A DNA stretch of 53,734 nucleotides, from positions 1 through 53,734 of the IMG/VR virus record IMGVR_UViG_3300048131_000244, one strand, 5' to 3'. Origin of the DNA: a virus. Lineage: Duplodnaviria; Caudoviricetes. The translations under genes and the position numbers were made by a program. Within the stretch, counting starts at the first letter, position 1; every line of letters starts with the position of its first letter. Positions 9,619 to 19,524 of this stretch are shown piece by piece. Below the pieces are notes generated by a model. The model saw nothing but the letters and a program-made list of their open reading frames with translations, ran no database searches and was not told the origin of the DNA.

Positions 9619-10149
9619 ATGAAAATAGGTTTATGTGGTACAATGAGTGTAGGTAAAACTACATTAGTTAATGCTTTAAAAGAATTAGATCAATTTAAAA
9701 ATTATAATTTTGCTACTGAACGTAGTAAATATTTAAATGATCTGGGTATTCCATTAAATACAGACTCAACATTAAAGGGTCAAACTGTATTTTTAGCTGA
9801 ACGTTGTGCTGAACTAATGCATAAAGACATCATTACAGATAGAACTATTATTGATGTTATGGCATTTACTATGAATGCTAAATCTATTGATTATAAAGAT
9901 AAAGAAGCATTTGAACAATATGCTATTGAGTTTTTGAGAGAGTATGATTACATATTTTATATTTCTCCTGAAGGTATTCCTATTGAAGATAATGGAGTTC
10001 GTGAAACAGATGAATATTATAGAGATATAATTGATTTTAGTATTACCACACTTATTAAAAGGTATAGCCATAGAATGGATAATATTGAAGTAATTAAGGG
10101 TACTACAGAAGAACGTATAGAACAAATATTAAAGTTTGTAGGTCTTTAA
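9619..10149 (+). CDS. P-loop nucleoside/nucleotide kinase (NadR/Ttd14-type AAA domain)
   Basis: Walker A GTMSVGKTT, ITDRT..D, YDYIFY, EDNGVR. Confidence 0.7.
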   Translation: MKIGLCGTMSVGKTTLVNALKELDQFKNYNFATERSKYLNDLGIPLNTDSTLKGQTVFLAERCAELMHKDIITDRTIIDVMAFTMNAKSIDYKDKEAFEQYAIEFLREYDYIFYISPEGIPIEDNGVRETDEYYRDIIDFSITTLIKRYSHRMDNIEVIKGTTEERIEQILKFVGL

Positions 10150-10176
10150 CATATTTATAATAAAACCTATAATAAA

Positions 10177-10689
10177 ATGAAAAAATCTGCCTTAACCGCA
10201 TTTATTAAAGAAGAAATCTTAGGTACTCTAAATGAAAGTCCCTCAACTGAAGAAATAAGAATGGCTAAACAAGCCGTAGCCAGATTTATGAAATACAGAA
10301 ATGTAGGACAAGATGAAGCTATCCGTGATTTAGAAAATGCTCTAGATACTTTAAAACAACTAGAAGAATCTACAGAAGAAGAAATTGAAAAAACTAAAGA
10401 ACTTAAGGCAGCTATAGATGATTTAGCTAAAGCTAAAAAAGAAGCTGGGTTAAGTGAAGAAGAAGATGCACCCGCGGGTGATACTGAAGTAGAAAAAAAG
10501 GCTTCTAAACAAGATAAAATTATTAAGGATTTTCAACGTATTGAAAAACAGATGAAAACACATCTTGAACTTTTTAAAACATCTGAATCTCCTGAAAATA
10601 AGGAAACAGCTAAAAACATGCTTAAAAAATTAACTCCTGAATATCAAGCTGCTAAAGAAAAATACGAAAAGTTAAAAAAAATTAAATAA
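10177..10689 (+). CDS. Putative internal head / structural protein
   Basis: Late motif at 10151; leader MKKSALTAFIKEEILGTLNE; acidic and coiled-coil. Confidence 0.5.
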   Translation: MKKSALTAFIKEEILGTLNESPSTEEIRMAKQAVARFMKYRNVGQDEAIRDLENALDTLKQLEESTEEEIEKTKELKAAIDDLAKAKKEAGLSEEEDAPAGDTEVEKKASKQDKIIKDFQRIEKQMKTHLELFKTSESPENKETAKNMLKKLTPEYQAAKEKYEKLKKIK

Positions 10690-10694
10690 TAAGA

Positions 10695-11045
10695 ATGTGG
10701 TTAAAACGTAATTTACCAACATTAGTTATAATAGGTGCTTGCATAATAGTTTATACATTTTTTGATAAAAAAGAAAGTTATGTTAAAGAATATGATGCTA
10801 AAATTGAAGCATTAGAAGCAAAAGTAGATTCACTACATGCTGAAAATGATTCTTTAGTAGTTGAGGCAGATCTATTAGGACTAAAATTAATAGAATCAGA
10901 TAAAAAGATAGAACAACTTAATAATAATATATATGTTATCAAAAAAGAAACTAAAAGGCAACTTGATGCTGTTAATAGTTTTAGTGATGATGAGTTGGAG
11001 CAGTTTTTCACAAACAGATACCAACAATCAGATTCAATTAACTAA
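10695..11045 (+). CDS. Membrane-anchored coiled-coil protein (i-spanin-like)
   Basis: N-terminal TM segment followed by a long coiled coil; overlapped by the next ORF. Confidence 0.45.
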   Translation: MWLKRNLPTLVIIGACIIVYTFFDKKESYVKEYDAKIEALEAKVDSLHAENDSLVVEADLLGLKLIESDKKIEQLNNNIYVIKKETKRQLDAVNSFSDDELEQFFTNRYQQSDSIN

Positions 11046-11355
11046 ACCTATTGCTAAATTAGTTATAAAAGATTTAATACAATATGATGGATTATCAGAA
11101 GAAATGATAACCCTTAAATCCATTATAGAAGAAACAAATATTAAGTTAAATACTCAAACCGAATTAGTTTCTAATTTAAATGTTCAAGTTGCAAACTACC
11201 AAAATATAATTGCTAAAAAAAATGAGCAATTTACAACTCAAAAAGAATTAGCAGATCGATTACAACAAGACCTTAAAAAACAAAGGTTAAAAACAAAATT
11301 AATGGGTGGTGCTGGTTTGCTTTTAGCAGTTGGTGTAGCCGCTATATTAAATTAA
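10933..11355 (+). CDS. Exported coiled-coil protein with C-terminal hydrophobic anchor (spanin partner-like)
   Basis: Signal peptide ending SFS/Q; coiled coil; hydrophobic C-terminus GGAGLLLAVGVAAIL; starts inside the previous gene. Confidence 0.45.
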   Translation: MLSKKKLKGNLMLLIVLVMMSWSSFSQTDTNNQIQLTKPIAKLVIKDLIQYDGLSEEMITLKSIIEETNIKLNTQTELVSNLNVQVANYQNIIAKKNEQFTTQKELADRLQQDLKKQRLKTKLMGGAGLLLAVGVAAILN

Positions 11356-12923
11356 TGTCTGATTTAAAAAAAGTAATACGGCAAGAATACCTAAGATGTG
11401 CTAAAGATCCTGTACATTTTATGCGTAAATACTGCTATATACAACACCCACAACGTGGTCGCATACAATTTAATTTATACCCATTCCAAGAGAAAGTATT
11501 AACGTTAATGAGAGATAATCCCTATTCGATTATCTTAAAGTCTAGACAGTTAGGTATATCTACTCTATCAGCTGGTTATTCACTATGGTTAATGACTTTC
11601 CATAAAGACAAAAATATACTCTGTATCGCTACAAAGCAGGAAACTGCTAAAAACATGGTTACAAAGGTAAAATTTATGTATGAGAATTTACCTTCATGGT
11701 TAAAAGTAGATGCGGCAGAAAATAACAAACTTAACCTACGACTACAAAATGGATCCCAAATTAAAGCCACTTCAGCAAGTTCGGATGCAGGTAGATCCGA
11801 AGCAGTATCTTTGCTGTTAATTGATGAGGCTGCTTTTATTGATAATATTGGTGAAATATGGGCTTCAGCGCAACAAACATTAGCAACTGGAGGTGGATGT
11901 ATAGCATTAAGTACCCCTTATGGTACTGGTAATTGGTTTCACCAAACATGGGTAAGAGCAGAAAATAATGAAAATGATTTTTTACCTATTAGATTACCTT
12001 GGTCTGTCCATCCAGAACGAGACCAAACATGGAGAGATAAACAAGATGAATTACTAGGTGATCCTAGAATGGCAGCCCAGGAATGTGATTGTGATTTTAG
12101 TACTTCAGGTGATATTGTATTCTATCCCGAATATATAGAATATTATGAAAAAACATTTGCTAAAGATCCATTAGAAAGACGAGGAGCAGATAAAAATTTA
12201 TGGGTATGGGAATCACCTGACTACTCAAGAGATTATATGGTAGTAGCCGATGTTGCTAGAGGGGATGGAAAAGATTATTCTGCACTTCATGTAATTGATA
12301 TTGAAAATAATACCCAAGTAGCTGAATATAAGGGACAAATTGGTACAAAAGAATTTGGACATTTATTAGTAGGTATTGCTACTGAGTATAATGAAGCAAT
12401 GTTAATAATTGAAAATGCTAATATCGGATGGGCAACAATCCAGGTAGCAATAGATAGAGCATACCCTAATTTATACTACTCCCAAAAATCAGAAGCTAAT
12501 GCCGAATCCTATTTTGATAAATACCAGGATCATTCCAAAATGGTAGCTGGTTTTACAATGTCATCTAGAACTAGACCTATGGTAATAGGTAAATTTCAAG
12601 AATATATAGGTGATAAAGGGACCACAATACAATCAAAACGATTAATAGAAGAAATGAAAACTTTTATTTGGCGTAATGGGAGAGCAGAAGCTCAAACAGG
12701 ATATAACGATGACTTGGTAATGTCTTTTGGAATAGCCATGTATATTCGAGATACAGCTTTGAAATACAGACAAAGGGGTATAGATTTAACGAAACAAACA
12801 TTAAGTAATATGACAGTTAATAAAACAGCGTATTCGGGGGCATATTTTTCTCGGGGGGCTGATAATCCTTACCATGTAGACACAACTCACGGTAAAGAAG
12901 ATATTAGCTGGTTAATAAAATAA
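11355..12923 (+). CDS. gp17: Terminase large subunit (T4 gp17-like)
   Basis: LYPFQ, KSRQLGIS (Walker A), LLLIDEAAF (Walker B), STPYG, ADVARGDGKDYS, NDDLVM. Confidence 0.95.
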   Translation: MSDLKKVIRQEYLRCAKDPVHFMRKYCYIQHPQRGRIQFNLYPFQEKVLTLMRDNPYSIILKSRQLGISTLSAGYSLWLMTFHKDKNILCIATKQETAKNMVTKVKFMYENLPSWLKVDAAENNKLNLRLQNGSQIKATSASSDAGRSEAVSLLLIDEAAFIDNIGEIWASAQQTLATGGGCIALSTPYGTGNWFHQTWVRAENNENDFLPIRLPWSVHPERDQTWRDKQDELLGDPRMAAQECDCDFSTSGDIVFYPEYIEYYEKTFAKDPLERRGADKNLWVWESPDYSRDYMVVADVARGDGKDYSALHVIDIENNTQVAEYKGQIGTKEFGHLLVGIATEYNEAMLIIENANIGWATIQVAIDRAYPNLYYSQKSEANAESYFDKYQDHSKMVAGFTMSSRTRPMVIGKFQEYIGDKGTTIQSKRLIEEMKTFIWRNGRAEAQTGYNDDLVMSFGIAMYIRDTALKYRQRGIDLTKQTLSNMTVNKTAYSGAYFSRGADNPYHVDTTHGKEDISWLIK

Positions 12924-12947
12924 TATTTATAATAATAATTATATACA

Positions 12948-14846
12948 ATGGCTGATAAAGGCATATTTTCAAGATTACAAAGACTATTCTCTACTGACGT
13001 AATTGTTCGTAATGTAGGGGGGAATCAATTAAAAGTAACGGATAGTAATAAAATCCAAGCAACAGGTGAATTACAAACCAATTCATTAATAGATAGATAT
13101 AATAGGATTTATTCTACTAATCCATCTTCACTCTATGGTCAGCAGTTCAATATGAACTTCCAATACCTTAGACCACAATTATATTCTGAATACGATACAA
13201 TGGATCAAGATGCTATTATTGCCTCAGCACTTGATATTATAGCAGATGAATCCACCCTAAAAAATGACATGGGTGAAGTATTACAAATTAGATCTGCTGA
13301 TGAAAATATACAAAAGATATTATATAATTTATTTTATGACGTATTAAATATTGAATTTAATTTATGGTCATGGATTCGCCAAATGTGTAAATATGGTGAT
13401 TTCTTCCTAAAATTAGAAATTGCAGAAAAATTTGGTGTTTATAATGTTATCCCTTATACAGCATATCACATTACTAGAGAAGAAGGTTATAACCCAGAAA
13501 ACCCAGCTGATGTTCGTTTCTTATACTCTCCAGATGGTTTAGCTAACCCAAGTTCAGGAATGTATACTATGCCAAACCAAAGAAACCAACAAAATGGTGT
13601 ACATTTTGATAACTATGAAATGGCACACTTTAGATTATTAGCAGATACTAATTATCTTCCTTATGGTAGAGCATATATTGAACCTGCTAGAAAATTATTT
13701 AAACAATATACGTTAATGGAAGATGCGATGTTAATTCATAGAATTGCTCGCGCCCCAGAAAAACGAATTCACTACATTAATGTTGGATCTATTCCACCAA
13801 ATGAGGTAGATGCCTTTATGCAAAAAACTATCTCAAATATGAAACGTACCCCTTATATTGATCAACAAACAGGTGAATATAACATGAAATATAACATGCA
13901 AAACATGTTAGAAGATTTTTACATACCAGTTAGAGGAAATGATACATCAACTCGTATTGATACTACTAAAGGTTTAGATTATGATGGTATTAAAGATGTA
14001 GAATATTTAAGAGAAAAATTATTTGCTGCCCTTAAAGTACCAAAAGCATTTATGGGTTATGAAGCTGACCTTGAAGGTAAAGCAACATTAGCAGCTGAAG
14101 ATATTCGTTTTGCTCGTACTATAGAACGTATTCAAAGAATTATATTATCAGAATTAAATAAAATTGCTTTAGTTCATTTATATACCCAAGGGTATACTGA
14201 TGAAAGTTTAACTAACTTTACATTAGATTTAACCACACCATCAATTATATTTGAACAAGAAAAGGTTGAATTGCTAAAATCTAAAGCAGAGTTAGTAACT
14301 ACTTTACAAGATCAAAAAATTGTTCCTACTGATTGGATTTATGATAATATATTTAACTTTAGTGAAGATCAATATGATGAATATAGAGATCTAATTAGAC
14401 AAGATGCTAAACGTAACTTTAGATTAAATCAAATTGCAGAAGAAGGAAACGATCCAATTGAAACAGGCAAATCATATGGTACACCTCATGATTTAGCTTC
14501 ACTATATGGTAAAGGTAGAATGTATTCTGACCCAGGTAATGTACCTGCGGGGTATGATGAAGAAGGTGATGTAGGTCGTCCTAAAGATTCTACTTCTAAG
14601 ACTGGAAAACAAGATAGTAATTTTGGAAAAGATCGATTAGGTGTTAAGCGTATGAAAGATACAGATAAAAATGATGCTAATACCGGTCGAACTAACTCTA
14701 ATCGTAATGCTCTAACATTAGAAACCGCTCAAAGTGTTTACTTACAAAATAAAGATATGTTTAAAAAAATACCTAAAAAGAGGTTAGTTTTTGAAAGTGA
14801 CAAAGAAGGTGAAACTTTATTAGACGAAAAACAATTAAAGGAGTAA
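12948..14846 (+). CDS. gp20: Portal vertex protein (T4 gp20-like)
   Basis: LMEDAMLIHRIARAPEKRIHYINVG, MLEDFYIPVRG, DVEYL..KLFAALKVP, EDIRFARTI. Confidence 0.95.
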   Translation: MADKGIFSRLQRLFSTDVIVRNVGGNQLKVTDSNKIQATGELQTNSLIDRYNRIYSTNPSSLYGQQFNMNFQYLRPQLYSEYDTMDQDAIIASALDIIADESTLKNDMGEVLQIRSADENIQKILYNLFYDVLNIEFNLWSWIRQMCKYGDFFLKLEIAEKFGVYNVIPYTAYHITREEGYNPENPADVRFLYSPDGLANPSSGMYTMPNQRNQQNGVHFDNYEMAHFRLLADTNYLPYGRAYIEPARKLFKQYTLMEDAMLIHRIARAPEKRIHYINVGSIPPNEVDAFMQKTISNMKRTPYIDQQTGEYNMKYNMQNMLEDFYIPVRGNDTSTRIDTTKGLDYDGIKDVEYLREKLFAALKVPKAFMGYEADLEGKATLAAEDIRFARTIERIQRIILSELNKIALVHLYTQGYTDESLTNFTLDLTTPSIIFEQEKVELLKSKAELVTTLQDQKIVPTDWIYDNIFNFSEDQYDEYRDLIRQDAKRNFRLNQIAEEGNDPIETGKSYGTPHDLASLYGKGRMYSDPGNVPAGYDEEGDVGRPKDSTSKTGKQDSNFGKDRLGVKRMKDTDKNDANTGRTNSNRNALTLETAQSVYLQNKDMFKKIPKKRLVFESDKEGETLLDEKQLKE

Positions 14847-14882
14847 TATCCTCTACATATTTATAAATAAATATATTTTTTG

Positions 14883-15746
14883 ATGAAAATTAAACACTCG
14901 AAGTACAAGAATACGGGTATTTTATTTGAGCTACTGGTACGCCAAGCTACTGCCGATACCCTAAAAGGTACTGATTCCCCCGCTATCGATTTAATTAAAA
15001 AGTATTTCGTTAAAAGCGAATTGGGCCGTGAGTATAAGTTATACGAATCAGTTATTAAATCTAAAATTATAGGTGAATCTAAAGCTAATGCTGTAATTAG
15101 CACTATTTTAGAGTCTTCTAAAAAATTAAATCGTACATCTTTAAGAAAGCAAAAGTATAATTTAATTTCTGAAATTAAAAAAGATTATAATATAGATAGT
15201 TTTTTTGGTACTAAAATTAAAAATTATAAAGAATTTGCTTCTTTATATACATTAATTGAAGGATATAATAATGATGAAATTACTGATACTGATCAATTGG
15301 TAGATAATAAAGTGACATTATTAGAATATTTAACAAAACAAGATGTTACAACTAAAGAAGTTAAAGAAGATGTTCTTAAAGAATTCCAAACTTATGATAA
15401 AGATTTAAGAATTCTTACTTATCAAGTACTATTAGAAAAATTCAATTCTAAGTATAATAATTTATCTGTAGAACAAAAACAAGTACTTAAAGAATTTATT
15501 AATGCAGTAGATTCAACTCCATCTTTAAGAGAATTTTACAATAATAAAATTGTGGAACTTAAAGAAACTCTAAATGTAGAGTCTATAAACATTACAGATA
15601 AAGCTACCCAAGTAAAAGTACAAGAAATCTCAAAACTTCTAACTGAATTATCTAAAAATGATAAAGTATCAAATGACAACCTAGTTGATTTGTTACAATA
15701 TTACGAACTAGTTAAAGAGATTAAGGTAGCAAATGGCAAAGTATAA
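14883..15746 (+). CDS. Head-region protein, probable prohead core component
   Basis: Between portal and protease; late motif 26 nt before ATG 14883 (the track starts at TTG 14880). Confidence 0.6.
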   Translation: MKIKHSKYKNTGILFELLVRQATADTLKGTDSPAIDLIKKYFVKSELGREYKLYESVIKSKIIGESKANAVISTILESSKKLNRTSLRKQKYNLISEIKKDYNIDSFFGTKIKNYKEFASLYTLIEGYNNDEITDTDQLVDNKVTLLEYLTKQDVTTKEVKEDVLKEFQTYDKDLRILTYQVLLEKFNSKYNNLSVEQKQVLKEFINAVDSTPSLREFYNNKIVELKETLNVESINITDKATQVKVQEISKLLTELSKNDKVSNDNLVDLLQYYELVKEIKVANGKV

Positions 15747-16302
15747 ATACAAAATACCAGAACAAACCAGTAAAGGTGGTAGATTTAAAGTTGGTGATGT
15801 CACTACTAGAAAAGGTGTCAAATCAACTGTAAGAGATATCGATCCTCGAACTGGTGCTGTTTCTTGGAAAATTGAGTATGTACCTGCCTTTGATTCTGTA
15901 TTCAAAGAATTTGATGAATTAAAACAAGCAATGAATACTTTAGATCAGAAAACTGATGATGAAGTAGTAGATAAAATTGCATCCGAAATTAAATCATTAT
16001 TTAACAAATACAGAACACATATTAGAAAAAATTATCCTGAAGCATACAAAAAATTTCAGACAAATGAAGCATCAACTACAAGTAGTGGTGGTGCATCATT
16101 TACCCCTGGAACTGGAGCACAATATGCTACTCCATATGCTTTTAGTAAATCCAAAAAAAAACCTAATAAAGCAACAAAATTTATGTATAAATTAGGTTAC
16201 AAACCTGCACCTTCTATACCAAATAGAAAATCAAAAGTTATAGACTATAAGCAGGTTATGGAAAAGCGCAATATGTATAAATATACACTAGGAAAAAAAT
16301 GA
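15733..16302 (+). CDS. Head-region hypothetical protein
   Basis: Coupled ORF; TNE followed by a low-complexity G/T segment and YATPYAF. Confidence 0.6.
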   Translation: MAKYKYKIPEQTSKGGRFKVGDVTTRKGVKSTVRDIDPRTGAVSWKIEYVPAFDSVFKEFDELKQAMNTLDQKTDDEVVDKIASEIKSLFNKYRTHIRKNYPEAYKKFQTNEASTTSSGGASFTPGTGAQYATPYAFSKSKKKPNKATKFMYKLGYKPAPSIPNRKSKVIDYKQVMEKRNMYKYTLGKK

Positions 16303-16556
16303 AAGAATTAACATCATTTAAAAAATATCTAGTTGAGGCAGAAAACAATGTTGAAGTATTTCAACAAAAACGTATTGCTGATTTTGATGAATTACAAGGT
16401 AGATTAAAAGTACTATCTAAAAAATTACAACAAGCAAAATTAGCCACAGATAAATACTACAGACAAAACCCTAAAAGTTATGCTGTAGTTTTTGGAACAG
16501 ATATGATAAATGATTATTTTAACGATATAGACGAATTACTTACTCAAGACCAATAA
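16299..16556 (+). CDS. Small head-region protein
   Basis: Leader FKKYLVEA resembling the 6707/7031 leader; ATATGTATA motif at 16271. Confidence 0.6.
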   Translation: MKELTSFKKYLVEAENNVEVFQQKRIADFDELQGRLKVLSKKLQQAKLATDKYYRQNPKSYAVVFGTDMINDYFNDIDELLTQDQ

Positions 16557-16557
16557 T

Positions 16558-17637
16558 ATGAAAACATTACAAGAGCAGTATAACTCAATTAAAGAAGGAA
16601 AAGGAAGTAAAGAAATTTTCCTTAAAGAAGCTAAAGCTAAGTTCCCAAATATGATTACAAACGCAGCTACGTTTAGTGAAACTACTAAAATTCTTAAAAA
16701 TAGAAGCGTAATTTCTGAAAACATTGGTGGTGTTGTAAGTCTTGAAGCTGTTACTAAAATGGAAGGACGTAAAAAGGAAAGTTATGAAACTGCTTTTGAA
16801 AATTTCTTAGCTGAAGAAGCAAAAGCTGTAGAGAAAAAAGCTACTAAAGAAGTAGAAGAAGCAGAAACTGCTGCTTATGATTATACTGATGTTAAATCAT
16901 TAGATAACCAAATTGGAAGTGAAGTACAAAATGGTATCTACTTTGAATCAAAACAAAACCCAGATAAATCAATTGAAGAAATTAAAGAAATTGTAGCTAA
17001 AAATTTAGCTAAGGATCAATTGCATTATAAGAAAAACGCTGCATTCGGAGTTGAAGGTCTTGGACTCGAAGAAATGAAAAGCGAAGAAGTATCTGGTAAA
17101 CATAAAGAAAGTGGATATTCTGATAAACTAAAATCATTAGTAAAAGAATCATTAATGGGTGGCGTTGTTACTACGGGTAACCCAAATTCTATATCTGCAA
17201 TCCAAAATGCAGTAGTAATGGATGTGCTTGAAGAAAATGCTGAAGTAGAAGAAGGATATGGTGCTGAAGAATATGAGCAAGGTAAAGAAGCAGGTGAAGA
17301 AATAGAAAAGAAAAAATCTAAGAAAAAAATGAAAAAAGAAACTATTGATTCAAAGTTAGCTGAGATCGAAGCTGCAGGTAAAATTACTACTTTAGAAGCA
17401 CAAATCGCTGCTATTGATGAAGTAATTTCTACTAAAGAATCAAGATTATCTCTAGTAAATGAAGACGCAGATATGGCAGAACTACTTGATAAAGGTAAAG
17501 TAAATGCTATGCGTAAAGAAATTAAATTGCTAGAAAAAAGATGTGGTAAAATGAAAAAAATGTATGAGAAGCTTAATGGCTCTGCATATACCGCTCCTGT
17601 AATTGATGAAGTAGAAGATTCACCAACATTTGAATAA
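16558..17637 (+). CDS. Acidic prohead core / internal protein
   Basis: Many L/I/V-x-E motifs; coiled-coil C-terminus; directly upstream of the protease. Confidence 0.55.
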   Translation: MKTLQEQYNSIKEGKGSKEIFLKEAKAKFPNMITNAATFSETTKILKNRSVISENIGGVVSLEAVTKMEGRKKESYETAFENFLAEEAKAVEKKATKEVEEAETAAYDYTDVKSLDNQIGSEVQNGIYFESKQNPDKSIEEIKEIVAKNLAKDQLHYKKNAAFGVEGLGLEEMKSEEVSGKHKESGYSDKLKSLVKESLMGGVVTTGNPNSISAIQNAVVMDVLEENAEVEEGYGAEEYEQGKEAGEEIEKKKSKKKMKKETIDSKLAEIEAAGKITTLEAQIAAIDEVISTKESRLSLVNEDADMAELLDKGKVNAMRKEIKLLEKRCGKMKKMYEKLNGSAYTAPVIDEVEDSPTFE

Positions 17638-18238
17638 AATGTCACAATTATTAATAGAAACCAATCTTTGGAATACCACATCCCTGTTAACTGAAAATGT
17701 TAAAAAGGAAAATGGTAATATCATGGTAGAAGGTATTTTAGCAACTGCTGAAGTAAAAAATGGTAATGGTCGCTACTACCCAAGAGAATTATGGGAACGC
17801 GAATTAGAAAAATACCAAGAAGCCATTAGTAATAGAACAGCTACAGGTGAACTAGATCATCCAGAATCTCAAGTGATTAATCTAAAAAATGTATCACATT
17901 TAGTTAGAGAATTTTGGTGGGAAGGAGATAAAGTAATGGGTAAACTAGAAATATTACCCACCCCCTCAGGTCAAATATTAGAAGCATTAATTAAAGCAGG
18001 TGTAACTGTGGGTGTTTCTTCACGTGGTATGGGGTCATTAGAACAAAATGGTAACGTAATGGAAGTACAAGATGACTTTGAATTACTATGTTGGGATTTT
18101 GTTTCAACCCCATCCAATCCAGGATCTTATATGGGTGTTTTACAAGAAGGTAAAGAATATAAAAATACAGATTATAGCTCAGTAAACAATATTATTAGAG
18201 AAATACTTTGTTCTAAAGGCTCTTGCCCAATTCTTTAA
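17630..18238 (+). CDS. gp21: Prohead core protease (T4 gp21-like)
   Basis: NGNGRYYP, GELDHP, VSH, GVSSRGMGS, DFVSTPS; real start probably ATG 17639. Confidence 0.95.
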   Translation: MNKMSQLLIETNLWNTTSLLTENVKKENGNIMVEGILATAEVKNGNGRYYPRELWERELEKYQEAISNRTATGELDHPESQVINLKNVSHLVREFWWEGDKVMGKLEILPTPSGQILEALIKAGVTVGVSSRGMGSLEQNGNVMEVQDDFELLCWDFVSTPSNPGSYMGVLQEGKEYKNTDYSSVNNIIREILCSKGSCPIL

Positions 18239-18361
18239 TCCTCTATAAATCTACATATACGTATCATCGATAATGTGTTATCTCTTATATAACACTAACT
18301 ATATATTAACTTTCCTATTACGGTTCCTAATAACCGTATTTCACAAAAACAATTTTGCGAT

Positions 18362-19501
18362 ATGTCTAACAACAGAGATTTGCTTAAAGAAGCAATTGCT
18401 GACGCTAAAGCTGTAAAAGAAACAGCCATAGCAAATGCTAAAGCCGCTTTAGAAGAATCATTTACTCCTCATTTGAAGTCTATGTTAGCTGCTAAATTAG
18501 AAGAAATGGATAAAGACGATGATGACGTTAAGGAATCAGAAGAAATCCAAGAAACTGAAGAAGTAGTAAACGAAACTGAAGAACAAGTAGATGAAGCTCA
18601 AGAAGAAGTAGCTGAAGCAACAGAAGAAATCGAAGAAGAACTCGATTTAGACGAAATGCTTGCAGAACTTGATCTATCCGAAAAGAAAGAAGAAGACAAA
18701 GATAAGATGGAAGAATCTGAAGAACTAGATGAAGCTAAAGAAGAAGTTTCTGAGTCTGAAGAAATCGAAGAATCTGAAGAAGTAGAGGAGGCTGAAGAAC
18801 CAGTTGCCGAAGCGGATGAAGATGAAGATAAAGACGAAGAAGATGAAGAAGAAGCTGAAGAAGGTGAAGAAGAAGAAATCGATCTTGAAGATATGTCTGC
18901 TGACGATCTAAAAGGATTTATCGAAGATGTAATCAAAGACATGGTACAATCTGGTGAATTAGAAGCTGGTGAGGAACTTGAAGGCGAAGCCGGAGAGGAA
19001 ATTGAAGTAGAAGATGACCTAGATATGCCCATGATGGAAGAAACTGAAGAAGTAACTGAAACTGAAGAAATCGACGAAGCTAAGGAAGAAATTGACGAAG
19101 CTAAAGATGAAAAAGAAGAAGTTAAAGAATCAGAAGAAGAAGTAAACGAAGAAGTAGAAAAAGCATTAGCTGAAGTTGAAGAACTTAAAAAAGAACTTAA
19201 CGAAGTTAATCTTTTAAATGCTAAACTTCTTTACACTAACAAAATCTTCCGCGATAAGAATCTAACTGAAGATAAAAAAGTTAAAGTGCTTAAAGCATTT
19301 GACAAAGCATCTACAGTTAAAGAAGCCAAAGTTATCTTTGAAACATTAAATGAGGGTCTAGTTAACAAAACTAAATCATCAGTAAATGAAGTAAAAGGTA
19401 GCGCATCTAAAGTAATGGGCACAGCTCCTACTACTAAACAACCAATCGTTGAAAGCGACGCTATGGTTGATAGATTTAAAAAATTAGCTGGAATTATTTA
19501 A
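18362..19501 (+). CDS. Prohead scaffolding protein (gp22 position)
   Basis: Between protease and MCP; extremely Glu-rich with repeated x-x-E units; C-terminal RFKKLAGI. Confidence 0.75.
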   Translation: MSNNRDLLKEAIADAKAVKETAIANAKAALEESFTPHLKSMLAAKLEEMDKDDDDVKESEEIQETEEVVNETEEQVDEAQEEVAEATEEIEEELDLDEMLAELDLSEKKEEDKDKMEESEELDEAKEEVSESEEIEESEEVEEAEEPVAEADEDEDKDEEDEEEAEEGEEEEIDLEDMSADDLKGFIEDVIKDMVQSGELEAGEELEGEAGEEIEVEDDLDMPMMEETEEVTETEEIDEAKEEIDEAKDEKEEVKESEEEVNEEVEKALAEVEELKKELNEVNLLNAKLLYTNKIFRDKNLTEDKKVKVLKAFDKASTVKEAKVIFETLNEGLVNKTKSSVNEVKGSASKVMGTAPTTKQPIVESDAMVDRFKKLAGII

Positions 19502-19524
19502 TATAACTTTTTAATTTTAAAAAC

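Noticed and set aside
18520-19200. GAA-rich near-repeats in the scaffold gene
   Set aside because: Explained by Glu-rich coding sequence typical of scaffold proteins, not a DNA-level repeat element
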